A stretch of DNA of 64,000 bases from the NCBI GenBank assembly GCA_963719615.1, contig CAVRCR010000009.1, positions 10,963 to 74,962 on the forward strand, given 5' to 3'. Made by a program: the position numbers and the translations under genes. The number at the start of each line of letters is the position of its first letter. Positions within the stretch are counted from its first letter, which is position 1. This DNA is from an uncultured Acidobacteriaceae bacterium. GTDB taxonomy: Bacteria; Acidobacteriota; Terriglobia; Terriglobales; Acidobacteriaceae. The notes beneath the pieces were generated by a model. It searched no databases. It saw only the letters and a list, made by a program, of their open reading frames with translations, and was not told where the DNA came from. Shown piece by piece: positions 1 to 8,745 of the stretch.

Positions 1-893
1 TCGAAGTCTCCGTTGCCGTCGAGCAGGAAGATGTTGCCGGAGGGGTCGGCGGCCATGCCGGCGCCAGAACTCCAGATAGCGCCTTCATTGCCGTTGGGAG
101 TGACGTTCAGCACGGCGGTCTGCGCCAGTGTGTTGACGTTGTAGCCCATGATCCATCCGGTGTAGGGACGGATGTCGCAATGCGACGCCCAGGCGAGATA
201 TAACGTGCTACCGACCACGAGCAAGCCGGCGCGCTCCTTGTATTGACCGGGATCGAAGACCACATAACCGTTCTGGCTGGTGTCCCCGTTGCCGCGGTAT
301 TTCGCCTTGATGTCGACGGGACCATGGTAGAGTTCACTGCCATTCGCGGTATTGAGCGCGTGAAGGCGCTGGTGATGGTTGCCCGAGCCGTCCTTCGACA
401 TGGCGACGACATAGATGACTGGGTTGGAGCCTGTGGGACGGAGGATTACCGGAGTGGAGGTGATTCCGATTTCGGGGGTAACCTGGTTGCAGCCGCGGGA
501 ATCAGAGGCGGTTTCGCCGGACTTCAGTGTGGTGATGTGCCAGATCCTTGCACCGGTGTCGGCGTCGAAAGCGTAGACGCTGCCGTGCTCGGTAGCCACG
601 ATCAGCAGGTTGTGTTTGACGCCGGAGATGGGCACGTTGGACACGTAGAGCGGCTGCGCGTCGACGAGGCCGTCGGTCGAAAGCGTGAACAGTCTGCCGA
701 AATAGGCGTGATTGACGTTGGCCAACGTCAGGATGGTCTCACCGGAGTTGAGCCCCGTGCGGGAATTATTGTTGTGGTAGGTGAGAACGTCCTGGGCAAG
801 GATGGAGGAGGCAAGGCTACAAATGGCAAGCGTCAACAAGATTGGTAGACTTTGAGAACGAAGGCTCGGTGAATGGCAGAGCTGCCTGGGCAC
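1..893 (-). CDS. secreted PQQ/BamB-like beta-propeller repeat protein (N-terminal part; C-terminus lies beyond the window start)
   Basis: Absent from the supplied ORF track because it runs off the window edge. My translation of the minus strand from GTG (893-891) reads VPRQLCHSPSLRSQSLPILLTLAICSLASSILAQDVLTYHNNNSRTGLN...LLIVATEHGSVYAFDADTGARIWH...GMAADPSGNIFLLDGNGDF with no stop down to position 1. Signal-peptide-like start and propeller-blade motifs. Track ORFs 107..412(-) and 243..848(+) are shadows of it. Start codon approximate. Confidence 0.75.
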   Translation of the reverse strand, partial: MPRQLCHSPSLRSQSLPILLTLAICSLASSILAQDVLTYHNNNSRTGLNSGETILTLANVNHAYFGRLFTLSTDGLVDAQPLYVSNVPISGVKHNLLIVATEHGSVYAFDADTGARIWHITTLKSGETASDSRGCNQVTPEIGITSTPVILRPTGSNPVIYVVAMSKDGSGNHHQRLHALNTANGSELYHGPVDIKAKYRGNGDTSQNGYVVFDPGQYKERAGLLVVGSTLYLAWASHCDIRPYTGWIMGYNVNTLAQTAVLNVTPNGNEGAIWSSGAGMAADPSGNIFLLDGNGDF

Positions 894-1116
894 AATACCT
901 CCCGAGTTTAGCGCACAGGGTGACAGTACTGATTTCGGTACTGAGTAAAGGGGGGAGCTAACGTTGCGAAACTGCTCTGTGAGGAGTATCTCAGAGGTGC
1001 ACGCCGGGCTCAAACTCGAAGGGGCATGGGTGCGAGGCTGGAGGGGATGGCGCCGAGCCGCGAGGATCGTGGGTTTTGGCCTGAAGCGGGATTTAGGTGT
1101 TAAGGTCGCCAGTGAT

Positions 1117-1341
1117 ATGAGTGATCTTGGCAAATTGCTGATCGTGTTGGGCGCGGCATTGCTGGTGGCGGGGATTGTCCTTGTTGGGTTGGGGCGGACG
1201 AATTTGCCTCTGGGCCGACTGCCGGGGGACATCGTGTATCGCGGGAAGAACACAACGTTTTATTTTCCGCTGGCGACTTCGTTGCTGGTGAGCGTGGTGC
1301 TCTCGTTGGTGTTGTATTTGGTGGGACGGTGGAGGAGATGA
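1117..1341 (+). CDS. DUF2905 family small membrane protein
   Basis: Internal ATG of ORF 964..1341. MSDLGKLLIVLGAALLVAGIVLVGLGRTNLPLGRLPGDIVYRGKNTTFYFPLATSLLVSVVLSLVLYL matches the LPGDI..fyFP signature of DUF2905. Confidence 0.85.
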   Translation: MSDLGKLLIVLGAALLVAGIVLVGLGRTNLPLGRLPGDIVYRGKNTTFYFPLATSLLVSVVLSLVLYLVGRWRR

Positions 1342-1624
1342 GATCCGAGTTGCCTCGGGGAACCCGGAGCGTGTTGTGCCGACTCAGGCGTCCTTACTGG
1401 ACGCAATCAAGCTCGGCTGGGTTACCCGCCAGTAGAACTGGCGGGCTATTGTCGTGAGTCCCTAACGGGACTCGGGTTCGTTCCCAGTACGCGCTCACGG
1501 CACATCCGTTGCCGTCGGGGCCGCTTCGGGGCCCACTCTGCGCAGCATGGAGTCCCCAGTTGACTTCGCTGGCATCACGTTTTAGATTCGACGCATGCTG
1601 TTTTTGCTCTTTGGAATGTTTTTC

Positions 1625-1838
1625 GGAACGCGCGTCTTTGCCGCTGGGCGAAGACAGGGAAGCGGGTGTGAATCCCGCGCTGCCGCGCAACTGTAAGCGA
1701 GGAAATTGCCTCCGGCCACTGGGAACGAATCCGGGAAGGCCGCCGGCGCTGTGGATGACGGTCGTCATCCTTACTCGCAAAGCCAGGAGACCGGCGCGCT
1801 CCGTCACCTTCAACCTCTTTCGCGGGCAAAGGAGGATG
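1625..1838 (+). promoter_or_regulatory. cobalamin (B12) riboswitch with SD-sequestering expression platform
   Basis: Conserved core read directly: AGGGAAGCGGGTGTGAATCCCGCGCTGCCGCGCAACTGTAAGCG (1658-1700), GCCACTGGGAACGAATCCGGGAAGGCC (about 1719-1745) and the B12 box AGCCAGGAGACCGGC (1781-1795). Downstream, CCTCTTT (1814-1820) can pair with AAAGGAGG (1828-1835), which is the SD of the receptor gene (ATG 1841). Confidence 0.9.
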
Positions 1839-1840
1839 GT

Positions 1841-4033
1841 ATGCGCGCATGGGTGTCCGGTTTTGTTCTGCTGGTGTTTTTCCCTCTGGTTTCTTCTGCG
1901 GCCGCGTCGGCTGCTGATCTCAAAGTCAAAGTGGTGGATCCACAAGCTGCGGCGGTGGCGGGAGCGGAAGTTTCGCTGGTGGGGGCAGGAGGGAAGGTCC
2001 TTGTTACCCAGACGACATCGGCCGAGGGGATCGCGGTCTTGAACAGGCGGGGCGACAGCCCCTATCAGATCACGGTTCTGGCACCGGGCTTCGCCGTGGA
2101 GACAGTATATGTTTCATCCCAGGCTGACGTCACTGTGAACCTTCGCCTGGCGACCGCTTCGGAAACCGTGGTGGTGAGCGCTACGCGCACGCCTGTGCCC
2201 GGGGACGCGGCGGGCGCAGACGTGGACTCACTCAGCGGCGCACAGCTGACGACGATGCAGCCGGCAGCAGCGAATGATGCGATGCGCTTTCTTCCCGGTG
2301 CAGTGGTCAACACCGCGGGACAACGCGGAGGGTTAGCGTCTCTTTTTGTGCGGGGCGGTGAATCGAATTACAACAAGGTGATCGTTGACGGCGTCGCCAT
2401 CAACGAGCCGGGCGGCACGTTTGACTTCGGGACGCTGTCGCTGGCGCAGGGCGACCGCATGGAATTCGTTCGCGGGGCGCAGAGCACGTTGTATGGATCG
2501 GATGCGATGACCAGCGTGGTGCAGGTTTGGACACGCACGGGCGGGACCAGCGTTCCCGAATTGCGATTTGGCGCCGATGGCGGCAACCTGGGAACGGCAA
2601 GCGGCCACGCTTCTCTGGCAGGGGCGCGTGGACGTTTCGACTACAACCTGTTCGGCGATCAATTCAACAGCAACGGTTCCGGCGTGAATGACGCTTACTC
2701 CGATTCGCTGGAGGGAGCCAACGTTGGCGCAGCGCTCAACGAGCGGACTTCGCTGCGCGCGCGGATTCGTCATTCGAACAGCCACACCGGCGTGCCGGGG
2801 GAATGGAACTTCAATGGCACGCCGCTCCAGCCACCGGATCCCAGCGACTCGTCGCAACTGAACAGCATGCTGGGCAGCGTGGAACTGGCCGTGGCCGCGC
2901 CCTCGGGATGGCAGCACCACTTTAGCGGGTTCGATTATCTCTATCGCTACAACGAGTTGAATCGGAACGGAGATACGGCCAGGATTTTCGACTTCCCTTC
3001 CCACGAAGTCGACCACATCAATCGTGCCGGGTTTGAGTATCAGGGGGACTACTCGGAGCGTAGTTGGGCGCACACAACTTTTGGATACCGGGTCGAGAAC
3101 GAGAACGGGTTTGTGGGGAATCTCCAGTATGGTCCGCAGAACCACGATCAGAGGCTCAACCACGACGCGTACGCGCAACAGGAGCTGATTCTGGGCCGAT
3201 GGGGAGTGATTGTGGGCGGACGGTTTGTGCACGACAGCGCCTTCGGCAACACCGGGGTTCCCAGGGTTGCGCTGACGTTGCAGGCGATTCGCGGGAATGA
3301 GACGTTTTCCGGGACTCGCCTCCGGTTCTCGTATTCCACGGGATTCAAGGAGCCGCGATTGGAAGAAACGTTCAACGGAATTCCTGCAAATCCGTTTAAC
3401 TTCCCCAACCCAGGACTGAAGCCCGAGCGGGTGCGGGCGTTTGAGGCGGGATTGCAGCAAGGGTTTTTTAACAACAAATATGAATTCAGCGCGACTTACT
3501 TCAATAATCTGTTTCACGACCAGATCAACTACGTGACCTCAAATAGCCCGCCTGACTTTCCGGGTCAATACGTAAATGTAAACCAGGCGTTCGCGCAAGG
3601 GGCGGAGCTTGTGTTGCGGGCGAAACTGCGGTCGAGGTTATTGGTGGATGGCGGATATACCTACACCTCGTCGCAGTACCTGGACAACCCCGCGCCATTT
3701 GATCCGATCTATGATCCGGGGCGGCCCTTGCTACGGCGTCCGAAGCATTCTGCGAACGCGCTATTGTCGTATCTGGGAACGCGCTGGGGAGGGAATCTCG
3801 GCGGGAGTTTCGTGGGGCGGCGCGCTGACTCGGACTTCCTGGGATTGGGGATCGAGCACGCGGCGGGCTACGTTCTGGCCGATGTCGGAGGATGGTACGC
3901 GGTGAATCACCGCGTCACAGCGTACGCGAACGTCGAGAACGCGCTGGACCGGAGGTATAACGAAGTGGTGGGGTATCCGGGGCTGCCGGTGAATTTTCGG
4001 GCGGGCGTGAGGTTTCGGATTGGTGGGGAGTAG
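1841..4033 (+). CDS. TonB-dependent receptor with N-terminal CarboxypepD_reg-like domain (BtuB-like, B12-regulated)
   Basis: ATG at 1841 preceded by GGAGG. Signal peptide MRAWVSGFVLLVFFPLVSSAAASA, then DLKVKVVDPQAAAVAGAEVSLV (carboxypeptidase-regulatory fold), plug-like region (VVVSATRTPV..., LFVRGGESNYNKVIVDGVAINEPGG) and beta-barrel ending ...VNFRAGVRFRIGGE. The 5' 135 nt of track ORF 1706.. is riboswitch, not coding. Confidence 0.9.
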   Translation: MRAWVSGFVLLVFFPLVSSAAASAADLKVKVVDPQAAAVAGAEVSLVGAGGKVLVTQTTSAEGIAVLNRRGDSPYQITVLAPGFAVETVYVSSQADVTVNLRLATASETVVVSATRTPVPGDAAGADVDSLSGAQLTTMQPAAANDAMRFLPGAVVNTAGQRGGLASLFVRGGESNYNKVIVDGVAINEPGGTFDFGTLSLAQGDRMEFVRGAQSTLYGSDAMTSVVQVWTRTGGTSVPELRFGADGGNLGTASGHASLAGARGRFDYNLFGDQFNSNGSGVNDAYSDSLEGANVGAALNERTSLRARIRHSNSHTGVPGEWNFNGTPLQPPDPSDSSQLNSMLGSVELAVAAPSGWQHHFSGFDYLYRYNELNRNGDTARIFDFPSHEVDHINRAGFEYQGDYSERSWAHTTFGYRVENENGFVGNLQYGPQNHDQRLNHDAYAQQELILGRWGVIVGGRFVHDSAFGNTGVPRVALTLQAIRGNETFSGTRLRFSYSTGFKEPRLEETFNGIPANPFNFPNPGLKPERVRAFEAGLQQGFFNNKYEFSATYFNNLFHDQINYVTSNSPPDFPGQYVNVNQAFAQGAELVLRAKLRSRLLVDGGYTYTSSQYLDNPAPFDPIYDPGRPLLRRPKHSANALLSYLGTRWGGNLGGSFVGRRADSDFLGLGIEHAAGYVLADVGGWYAVNHRVTAYANVENALDRRYNEVVGYPGLPVNFRAGVRFRIGGE

Positions 4034-4157
4034 CAGGAGCTGAAGCCTACAAGGTCTAGATGGCTAACGCGGCGCTGAAGCGCTGCTCTTCCACGGGAAC
4101 GGCTGGCTGCGCGCGGCGGACAAGTGCCTCATTACTCGATATGCCTTTAACCCCCCA

Positions 4158-4202
4158 CCTAACGTCGCAAAAAGCGCGACGTTAGGATGGGGCACCCACG
4201 AT
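4158..4202. repeat. hairpin + GATGGGGCACCC dispersed repeat (copy 1)
   Basis: CCTAACGTCGC-AAAAA-GCGCGACGTTAGG followed by ATGGGGCACCCACGAT. Near-identical copy at 15298-15344; related copies at 5536-5603, 61531-61600 (reverse) and 11567-11606. Confidence 0.85.
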
Positions 4203-4240
4203 GTCTTGATCCACGATTCTTATGATTTGCGTGACCCGGA

Positions 4241-4930
4241 CTAGCCGACTTCTTGCGGGGCTCGGGGTAGGGGAATGGATGTGGCGGCCTTGCCGAAATA
4301 TTTGGTGCGGGCGAGCAGAAGCTTTTCAACCTCGACTTCATTCAAGGGCTGCTGGCGTCCGAGCAGATGCGTGACCAGCGCGATCTGCGCAAAGTGCTCG
4401 ACGGTTTCCATCTTCATATAGGCGTGTTCGAGGGTATCGCCATATGCGACGACGCCGTGGTTCGACATGAGGATGGCGTCGTAGTTCGGAACATAAGGCT
4501 CCAGAGTCTTCGCCAGCTCCGAGGTCCCGGGAGTCGCGTAGCGAGCCAGAGGAATGCATCCCAGGCCGATGACTACTTCGCAGACGAGCGGCTGGGTGAG
4601 GGCGATTCCGGCGGCGGCGAAGCCGGTAGCGGTGGGGGGATGGGCGTGAACGATCGCCTGGATATCGGGCCGGAGGCGGTAAATCAGCAGGTGCATGCCG
4701 ATTTCGCTGGTGACGTTGCGGCGACCGGCGACGCGCTTCCCCTCCCGATCGACGATGACCATGTCGGCCGGGCGCATCGCTCCTTTGCTAATGCCGGTCG
4801 GGGTTACCAGGATGCGATCGCCAGCCAGGCGGACCGAGAGGTTGCCGTCCATCGCGGCGACGAAACCGCGCGCATGGACCATCCGTCCGTAGCGAACGAT
4901 CTCTTCCCTGTGTTTACGTTCCGCAGGCAT
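4241..4930 (-). CDS. class II aldolase/adducin-family protein (fuculose-phosphate aldolase-like)
   Basis: 229 aa. GNLSVRL..ILVTPTG, IVHAHPPTATGFAAAG, ILMSNHGVVAYGDTLEHAY are typical class II aldolase motifs. Confidence 0.8.
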   Translation of the reverse strand: MPAERKHREEIVRYGRMVHARGFVAAMDGNLSVRLAGDRILVTPTGISKGAMRPADMVIVDREGKRVAGRRNVTSEIGMHLLIYRLRPDIQAIVHAHPPTATGFAAAGIALTQPLVCEVVIGLGCIPLARYATPGTSELAKTLEPYVPNYDAILMSNHGVVAYGDTLEHAYMKMETVEHFAQIALVTHLLGRQQPLNEVEVEKLLLARTKYFGKAATSIPLPRAPQEVG

Positions 4931-5015
4931 GGGTTCCTTCAGGAAGACTAGCCAAGCAATAAAACACAGTTTAGCATGGCACCGAAACCGCGGCAGTGTC
5001 CAGGCTGCGCCCGGC

Positions 5016-5043
5016 GGACAGCCGAGGCGGTTGTCCCCACATG
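5016..5043. repeat. GGACAGCCG-loop-CGGYTGTCC-CCACATG hairpin repeat (copy 1)
   Basis: GGACAGCCGAGGCGGTTGTCCCCACATG. Copies at 12129-12159 and 22742-22772 are GGACAGCCGGGGGCGGCTGTCCCCACATGAG. Confidence 0.85.
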
Positions 5044-5070
5044 GGCACTGCGTGCCTATAATCGGTTGGC

Positions 5071-6276
5071 GTGCTGGTCTCTGAATTTCACTATCATCTG
5101 CCGGAAGAATTCATTGCCCAGGAACCACTGGCGGATCGCGCCGCCTCGCGGATGCTGCACCTCGACGCTTCCAGCGGGCGATTCGAGGATCGGCGGTTTC
5201 GCGAGTTTCCCGAACTGCTGCGACCGAGCGATCTGGTCGTATTTAACAACACCCGGGTGTTTCCAGCGCGGCTGTATGGACGGCGGGGAGGACTTAAGGC
5301 TCAGCCGGTGAGCCTGCGAAATCCTGCGGCGCGTGAATTTCTTCATGGACGCATTGAGGTGTTCCTCACGCGCCAACTGCAGCCGGAACCCAATGAATGG
5401 GAGTGCCTGGTGCGGCCCGGAAGAAAGATCGGGGTGGGGGAGCGGCTTTTCTTCGGCGAGCATGATGAGCTGCAAGCTGAGGTAATCGGGCGCGGGGAAT
5501 TTGGGGAGCGAACGATCCGGTTTGCAAAAATTCCTACCCCTTCGACAGGCTTAGGGCAGGCTCTAGCCGCAAAAAGCACGGCTAGGATGGGGCACCCACG
5601 ATTATTATCTGAAACCGAAGATTACTCCGTATCCGTCTCTGCGGCGGCGGACTTCTTTGGGCTCGTGGAGAAGATCGGGCACGTCCCGTTACCGCCTTAC
5701 ATCGGGAGGGCGGACTCTCACAACGACCGCGAGCGGTACCAGACGGTGTACGCGCGGGAGCGGGGATCGGTCGCGGCTCCGACTGCAGGACTCCATTTCA
5801 CTCCCGACATTCTGGACCGCATCCGGGAGCGTGGGATTGAAACGGCGGAGATTACGCTGCACGTCGGGTTGGGAACGTTCCAGCCGGTGCGGGTGGAACA
5901 CGTAGAAGAACACCAATTGCACCCGGAGGCTTATTCCATCTCTGCCGACGCAGCAACGAAAATCCATCGGGCGCGAAGCCAGTCGCGGCGCGTGGTGGCG
6001 GTTGGGACCACGACGGTGCGGACGCTGGAGCATGCTGCCCAGCAAGGAGCGGGCGAAGTGCGGGCGGGGACGGGTGAGGCGAATTTGTTTATTTATCCGG
6101 GATACAAGTTTCAGGTGGCTGGGGCGTTGCTGACGAACTTCCACCTGCCACAATCGACGCTGCTGATGCTGGTTTGCGCGATGGGGGGAAAAGAGAATGT
6201 CCTCCGCGCCTACGAGCACGCCGTCTCGAAGCGCTACCGGTTTTACTCCTACGGAGACTGCATGTTCGTAGAGTAG
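5071..6276 (+). CDS. queA: S-adenosylmethionine:tRNA ribosyltransferase-isomerase, carrying an in-frame repeat-derived insertion
   Basis: [108 protein letters not shown]. At 401 aa it is longer than E. coli QueA (356 aa by my recollection). Confidence 0.93.
   Translation: MLVSEFHYHLPEEFIAQEPLADRAASRMLHLDASSGRFEDRRFREFPELLRPSDLVVFNNTRVFPARLYGRRGGLKAQPVSLRNPAAREFLHGRIEVFLTRQLQPEPNEWECLVRPGRKIGVGERLFFGEHDELQAEVIGRGEFGERTIRFAKIPTPSTGLGQALAAKSTARMGHPRLLSETEDYSVSVSAAADFFGLVEKIGHVPLPPYIGRADSHNDRERYQTVYARERGSVAAPTAGLHFTPDILDRIRERGIETAEITLHVGLGTFQPVRVEHVEEHQLHPEAYSISADAATKIHRARSQSRRVVAVGTTTVRTLEHAAQQGAGEVRAGTGEANLFIYPGYKFQVAGALLTNFHLPQSTLLMLVCAMGGKENVLRAYEHAVSKRYRFYSYGDCMFVE
5536..5603 (+). repeat. 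hairpin + GATGGGGCACCC dispersed repeat (copy inside queA coding sequence)
   Basis: CCCCTTCGAC..CTAGCCG-CAAAAAGCA-CGGCTAG-GATGGGGCACCCACGATT. Same 5' box (CCCCTTCGAC) and 3' box as the intergenic copy at 15267-15344, but a different self-complementary stem. Confidence 0.8.
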
Positions 6277-6291
6277 GGGGAACCGCACTGA

Positions 6292-6933
6292 TTACTCGGC
6301 CGTCGCGACCGATAACCGGCGGTTGAGCAGAATGCCTCCCATGATTAAGGTCAAACCGAGCACAATCAAAAGCAACCACCAGCCCCAAAACTGCGATGGA
6401 TGGCGAAGGGCGCGGATGAAATGGCGCCCGTAGTGATCGGCCACAAGGGCGATAGCCGCATATCGAATCCCGCGGCCCAGGGCCACAATCGCGAGAAACT
6501 TTCCCAGATTGTAGTTCGACACGCCGGCTGCCGCGAACAGCATGCTCGTCGGAAACGGGAACGGAATGGCGCTGGAGGCGAAGAGAGCTCCGTCGCTCGA
6601 TCTTTTAAATAGCTTCAGGATCGCGGCCACCCTTCCCTTCTTGAATTTGTGGTCCAGATAGGCCGAACCGGCCTTGCGTGCGATGCGAAACGTCAGGTAT
6701 GCGCCGATGACAGAGCCGGCGGTTGCAACCAACGCGTACTCGTACCAGGGATCGCGGTGGCTGGCGGAGAGAATCGCGGTGAGAATGTCGGGGCCGCCGA
6801 AGGTGGGCAGCGGCGAACTGTCGAGAATGGCCAGGGAGAAGAGGCCCAGCGCTCCGAGGTGCCGGAACATGGAGCTGAGACTTTGCCCGCTCCGGGCCGT
6901 CGGCCTTGCCTTCTGAAGAAGCAGGTTCACCAT
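6292..6933 (-). CDS. YqaA/DedA-like (VTT domain) membrane protein
   Basis: 213 aa multi-TM protein. LGLFSLAILDSSPLPTFGGPDIL...SAIPFPFPTSMLFAAAGV resembles YqaA-type SNARE-associated domain proteins. Start may be the internal MFRH. Confidence 0.6.
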   Translation of the reverse strand: MVNLLLQKARPTARSGQSLSSMFRHLGALGLFSLAILDSSPLPTFGGPDILTAILSASHRDPWYEYALVATAGSVIGAYLTFRIARKAGSAYLDHKFKKGRVAAILKLFKRSSDGALFASSAIPFPFPTSMLFAAAGVSNYNLGKFLAIVALGRGIRYAAIALVADHYGRHFIRALRHPSQFWGWWLLLIVLGLTLIMGGILLNRRLSVATAE

Positions 6934-7167
6934 GACCGCAATATATCAACTTGGCGGAGACGAGGCTTGGAGGTAGCGGAAAAACTCTTTTGAGCAGGCG
7001 CGGTTTCCCCACCAGCGTAAAGCCGTTACTGATCCCGCAACGCTTGCGGCGCGGCTGCAAGTGTGGGCGCGAGAACTCCTCGTTCGCCCGCTGGGCTGGA
7101 TCATTTCCCCACCTTACCCAGGGCTTGCGCCCTGGGCTCTATTCTTGCGCCCTTCGCGGCTTGGAAA

Positions 7168-7205
7168 CCGCAAAAGCAAAGCGGGCACCCTTGCAGGGTG
7201 CCCGC
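7168..7205 (-). terminator. rho-independent terminator of the bactofilin gene
   Basis: On the minus strand GCGGGCACCCT-GCA-AGGGTGCCCGC is followed by TTTGCTTTTG, 35 nt downstream of the stop at 7240. Confidence 0.7.
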
Positions 7206-7239
7206 CGCTGAGGTCGACCAAATTGTGCCGGCGTGACGC

Positions 7240-7770
7240 TTAGGCCCGGGCGCCGACGGCGGCTGGTTCAGGCGCAACCGCCTTGTCTTCGCCGTTGGCT
7301 TTCTGCTGGGGCTGTCCGCCTTTGCGGATGTCGATGCCGCCCTTGAAGAAGGCGCCATCTTCGATCGAAATGCGAGCAGCGATAACGTCGCCGGTCAGGG
7401 AACCGTCACTGCGAATGTCGACGCGATCGCTGGCCGTCAGATTGCCGCGCACTTTGCCGAGGACCACGATTTCGCGGGCATTGATGTTGGCGGCGACGAT
7501 CCCATTACGGCCGACGGTGACGCGGTTCCCCGCGAGGTTGATGGAGCCTTCGACCCGGCCGTCGATGTAGAGGGACTCGGAGCCGGTCACCTCGCCCTTG
7601 ATCACCAGCGACTTACCGATCGTGGCCTGGTCCGCAGTGGTGGTGGTCGTCGCGGGACGCGGTGCGACCGGCTCGGCGGCCATCGCTGGCACGCTGGGGG
7701 CGGACGTAGTAGGACGCTCGGGCTCGGCGGGCCGGGCAGGAGTCTGTGGCTGATTGGTCGGCTTCCACAT
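7240..7770 (-). CDS. bactofilin (polymer-forming cytoskeletal protein) with Pro/Thr-rich N-terminus
   Basis: Start moved to MWKPT (ATG 7770; AGGAAAGGAA upstream). Core IGKSLVIKGEVTGSESLYIDGRVEGSINLAGNRVTVGRNGIVAANINAREIVVLGKVRGNLTASDRVDIRSDGSLTGDV is the DUF583 beta-helix. Confidence 0.9.
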   Translation of the reverse strand: MWKPTNQPQTPARPAEPERPTTSAPSVPAMAAEPVAPRPATTTTTADQATIGKSLVIKGEVTGSESLYIDGRVEGSINLAGNRVTVGRNGIVAANINAREIVVLGKVRGNLTASDRVDIRSDGSLTGDVIAARISIEDGAFFKGGIDIRKGGQPQQKANGEDKAVAPEPAAVGARA

Positions 7771-8131
7771 GGGATGAAAGTTCCTTTCCTTGTTGGGATT
7801 AGGGGTCACAAGCCGCACTTTCGTGACCAAAGCGAATTGTACTCCGACGTCTCAAAATGAGTGCTGTGGAAAACCTTTATTTTCAACCGCGAGTTCCTCC
7901 AATGGTACATGCCCTTTGGGGCTCGTGCGGCATGAGCAGGCGGGGGACACGCTACTTCCTTTCTGCCTTCCAGCTAGGGATTCCAGGAAAAATTTGCGGG
8001 GCCGTGCCCTTTCACAGGGGGCGGGAGTTATGCTGTTAGGGTCGAAGATTTATCGAAGACGGAATCCTGGGTTGGGCGTCTAAGTCCTAGGAAAGCCGGG
8101 GCCTGAATCTCGAAGAACTGGAGTAAAAAGC

Positions 8132-8695
8132 ATGTTAGAACCAGCCGAAGTTACGCCGGCAGCGTCGCCGATCGCGCGGCCCGGGCCGGGCGAGTATGCG
8201 CCTTACTACCATCGCTACATATCTCTGGTACCGGGCTCCGACATTTTGGGTACGCTCGACTCGCAGCGCCGCCAGTCGATGCTGCTGCTTTCGGGACGGA
8301 ACGAGAGTGATGGAGATTTTCGTTACGCGCCCGATAAATGGAGCGCCAAGGAAGTGCTGGGTCACGTCTGCGACACGGAGCGCATCATGTCCTATCGAGC
8401 GCTGCGGATTGCGCGCGGCGACCGGACGCCGATCGAGGGCTTCGAGCAGGATGACTATGTCCGCAGCGCTCCGTTCCGGCAGCGTCCGCTCGCCGAGTTG
8501 ATCGAGGACTATATTGCGGTGCGGCGGGCGACCCTGACGCTTTTGCGCAATCTGGATGACGTGGCCTGGGCGCGGCGGGGAATTGCGAACAAGAATGAGG
8601 TCAGCGTACGCGCGCTGGCCTATCTGATTGCAGGGCACGAACTGCATCATCGCAGGATTCTGGAGGAGAAGTATTTCACGATCAATCGCAGCTAG
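8132..8695 (+). CDS. DinB-family (DinB_2) metal-dependent protein
   Basis: 187 aa. KWSAKEVLGHVCDTERIMSYR...LIAGHELHHRRIL gives the His triad spacing typical of the DinB superfamily. Confidence 0.8.
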   Translation: MLEPAEVTPAASPIARPGPGEYAPYYHRYISLVPGSDILGTLDSQRRQSMLLLSGRNESDGDFRYAPDKWSAKEVLGHVCDTERIMSYRALRIARGDRTPIEGFEQDDYVRSAPFRQRPLAELIEDYIAVRRATLTLLRNLDDVAWARRGIANKNEVSVRALAYLIAGHELHHRRILEEKYFTINRS

Positions 8696-8745
8696 AGCTG
8701 GCCGGTGCGATAGAGGCCTTGCGTAGGTCCGATTGGGGTGCTAGA

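Noticed and set aside
1420-1505. tRNA-like look of the hairpins CCCGCCAGTAGAACTGGCGGG / GAGTCCCTAACGGGACTC / GGGTTCGTTCCC
   Set aside because: No acceptor stem, no proper T-arm (the CTCGG/CCCAG pairing is imperfect), and no cloverleaf can be drawn. It is more consistent with another REP-type repeat cluster.
1394-2042. Track ORFs 1394..1945(-), 1509..2042(+) and 1575..1850(-) upstream of the TonB receptor
   Set aside because: They overlap the cobalamin riboswitch and dispersed hairpin repeats. Their translations are repeat-derived (for example ...PLGTHDNSPPVLLAG) and not protein-like.
4033-4241. Possible CRISPR or tandem array, given the several hairpin repeats in one spacer
   Set aside because: The repeats here and elsewhere are different modules, are dispersed singly across the window, and are not separated by regular spacers. 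No cas genes are present.
7831-8131. 300-nt gap upstream of the bactofilin and DinB genes, with small track ORFs (7790..8083, 7857..8039)
   Set aside because: The ORFs lack SD sequences and have no recognisable sequence features. This is a divergent promoter region with no conserved element that I could identify.
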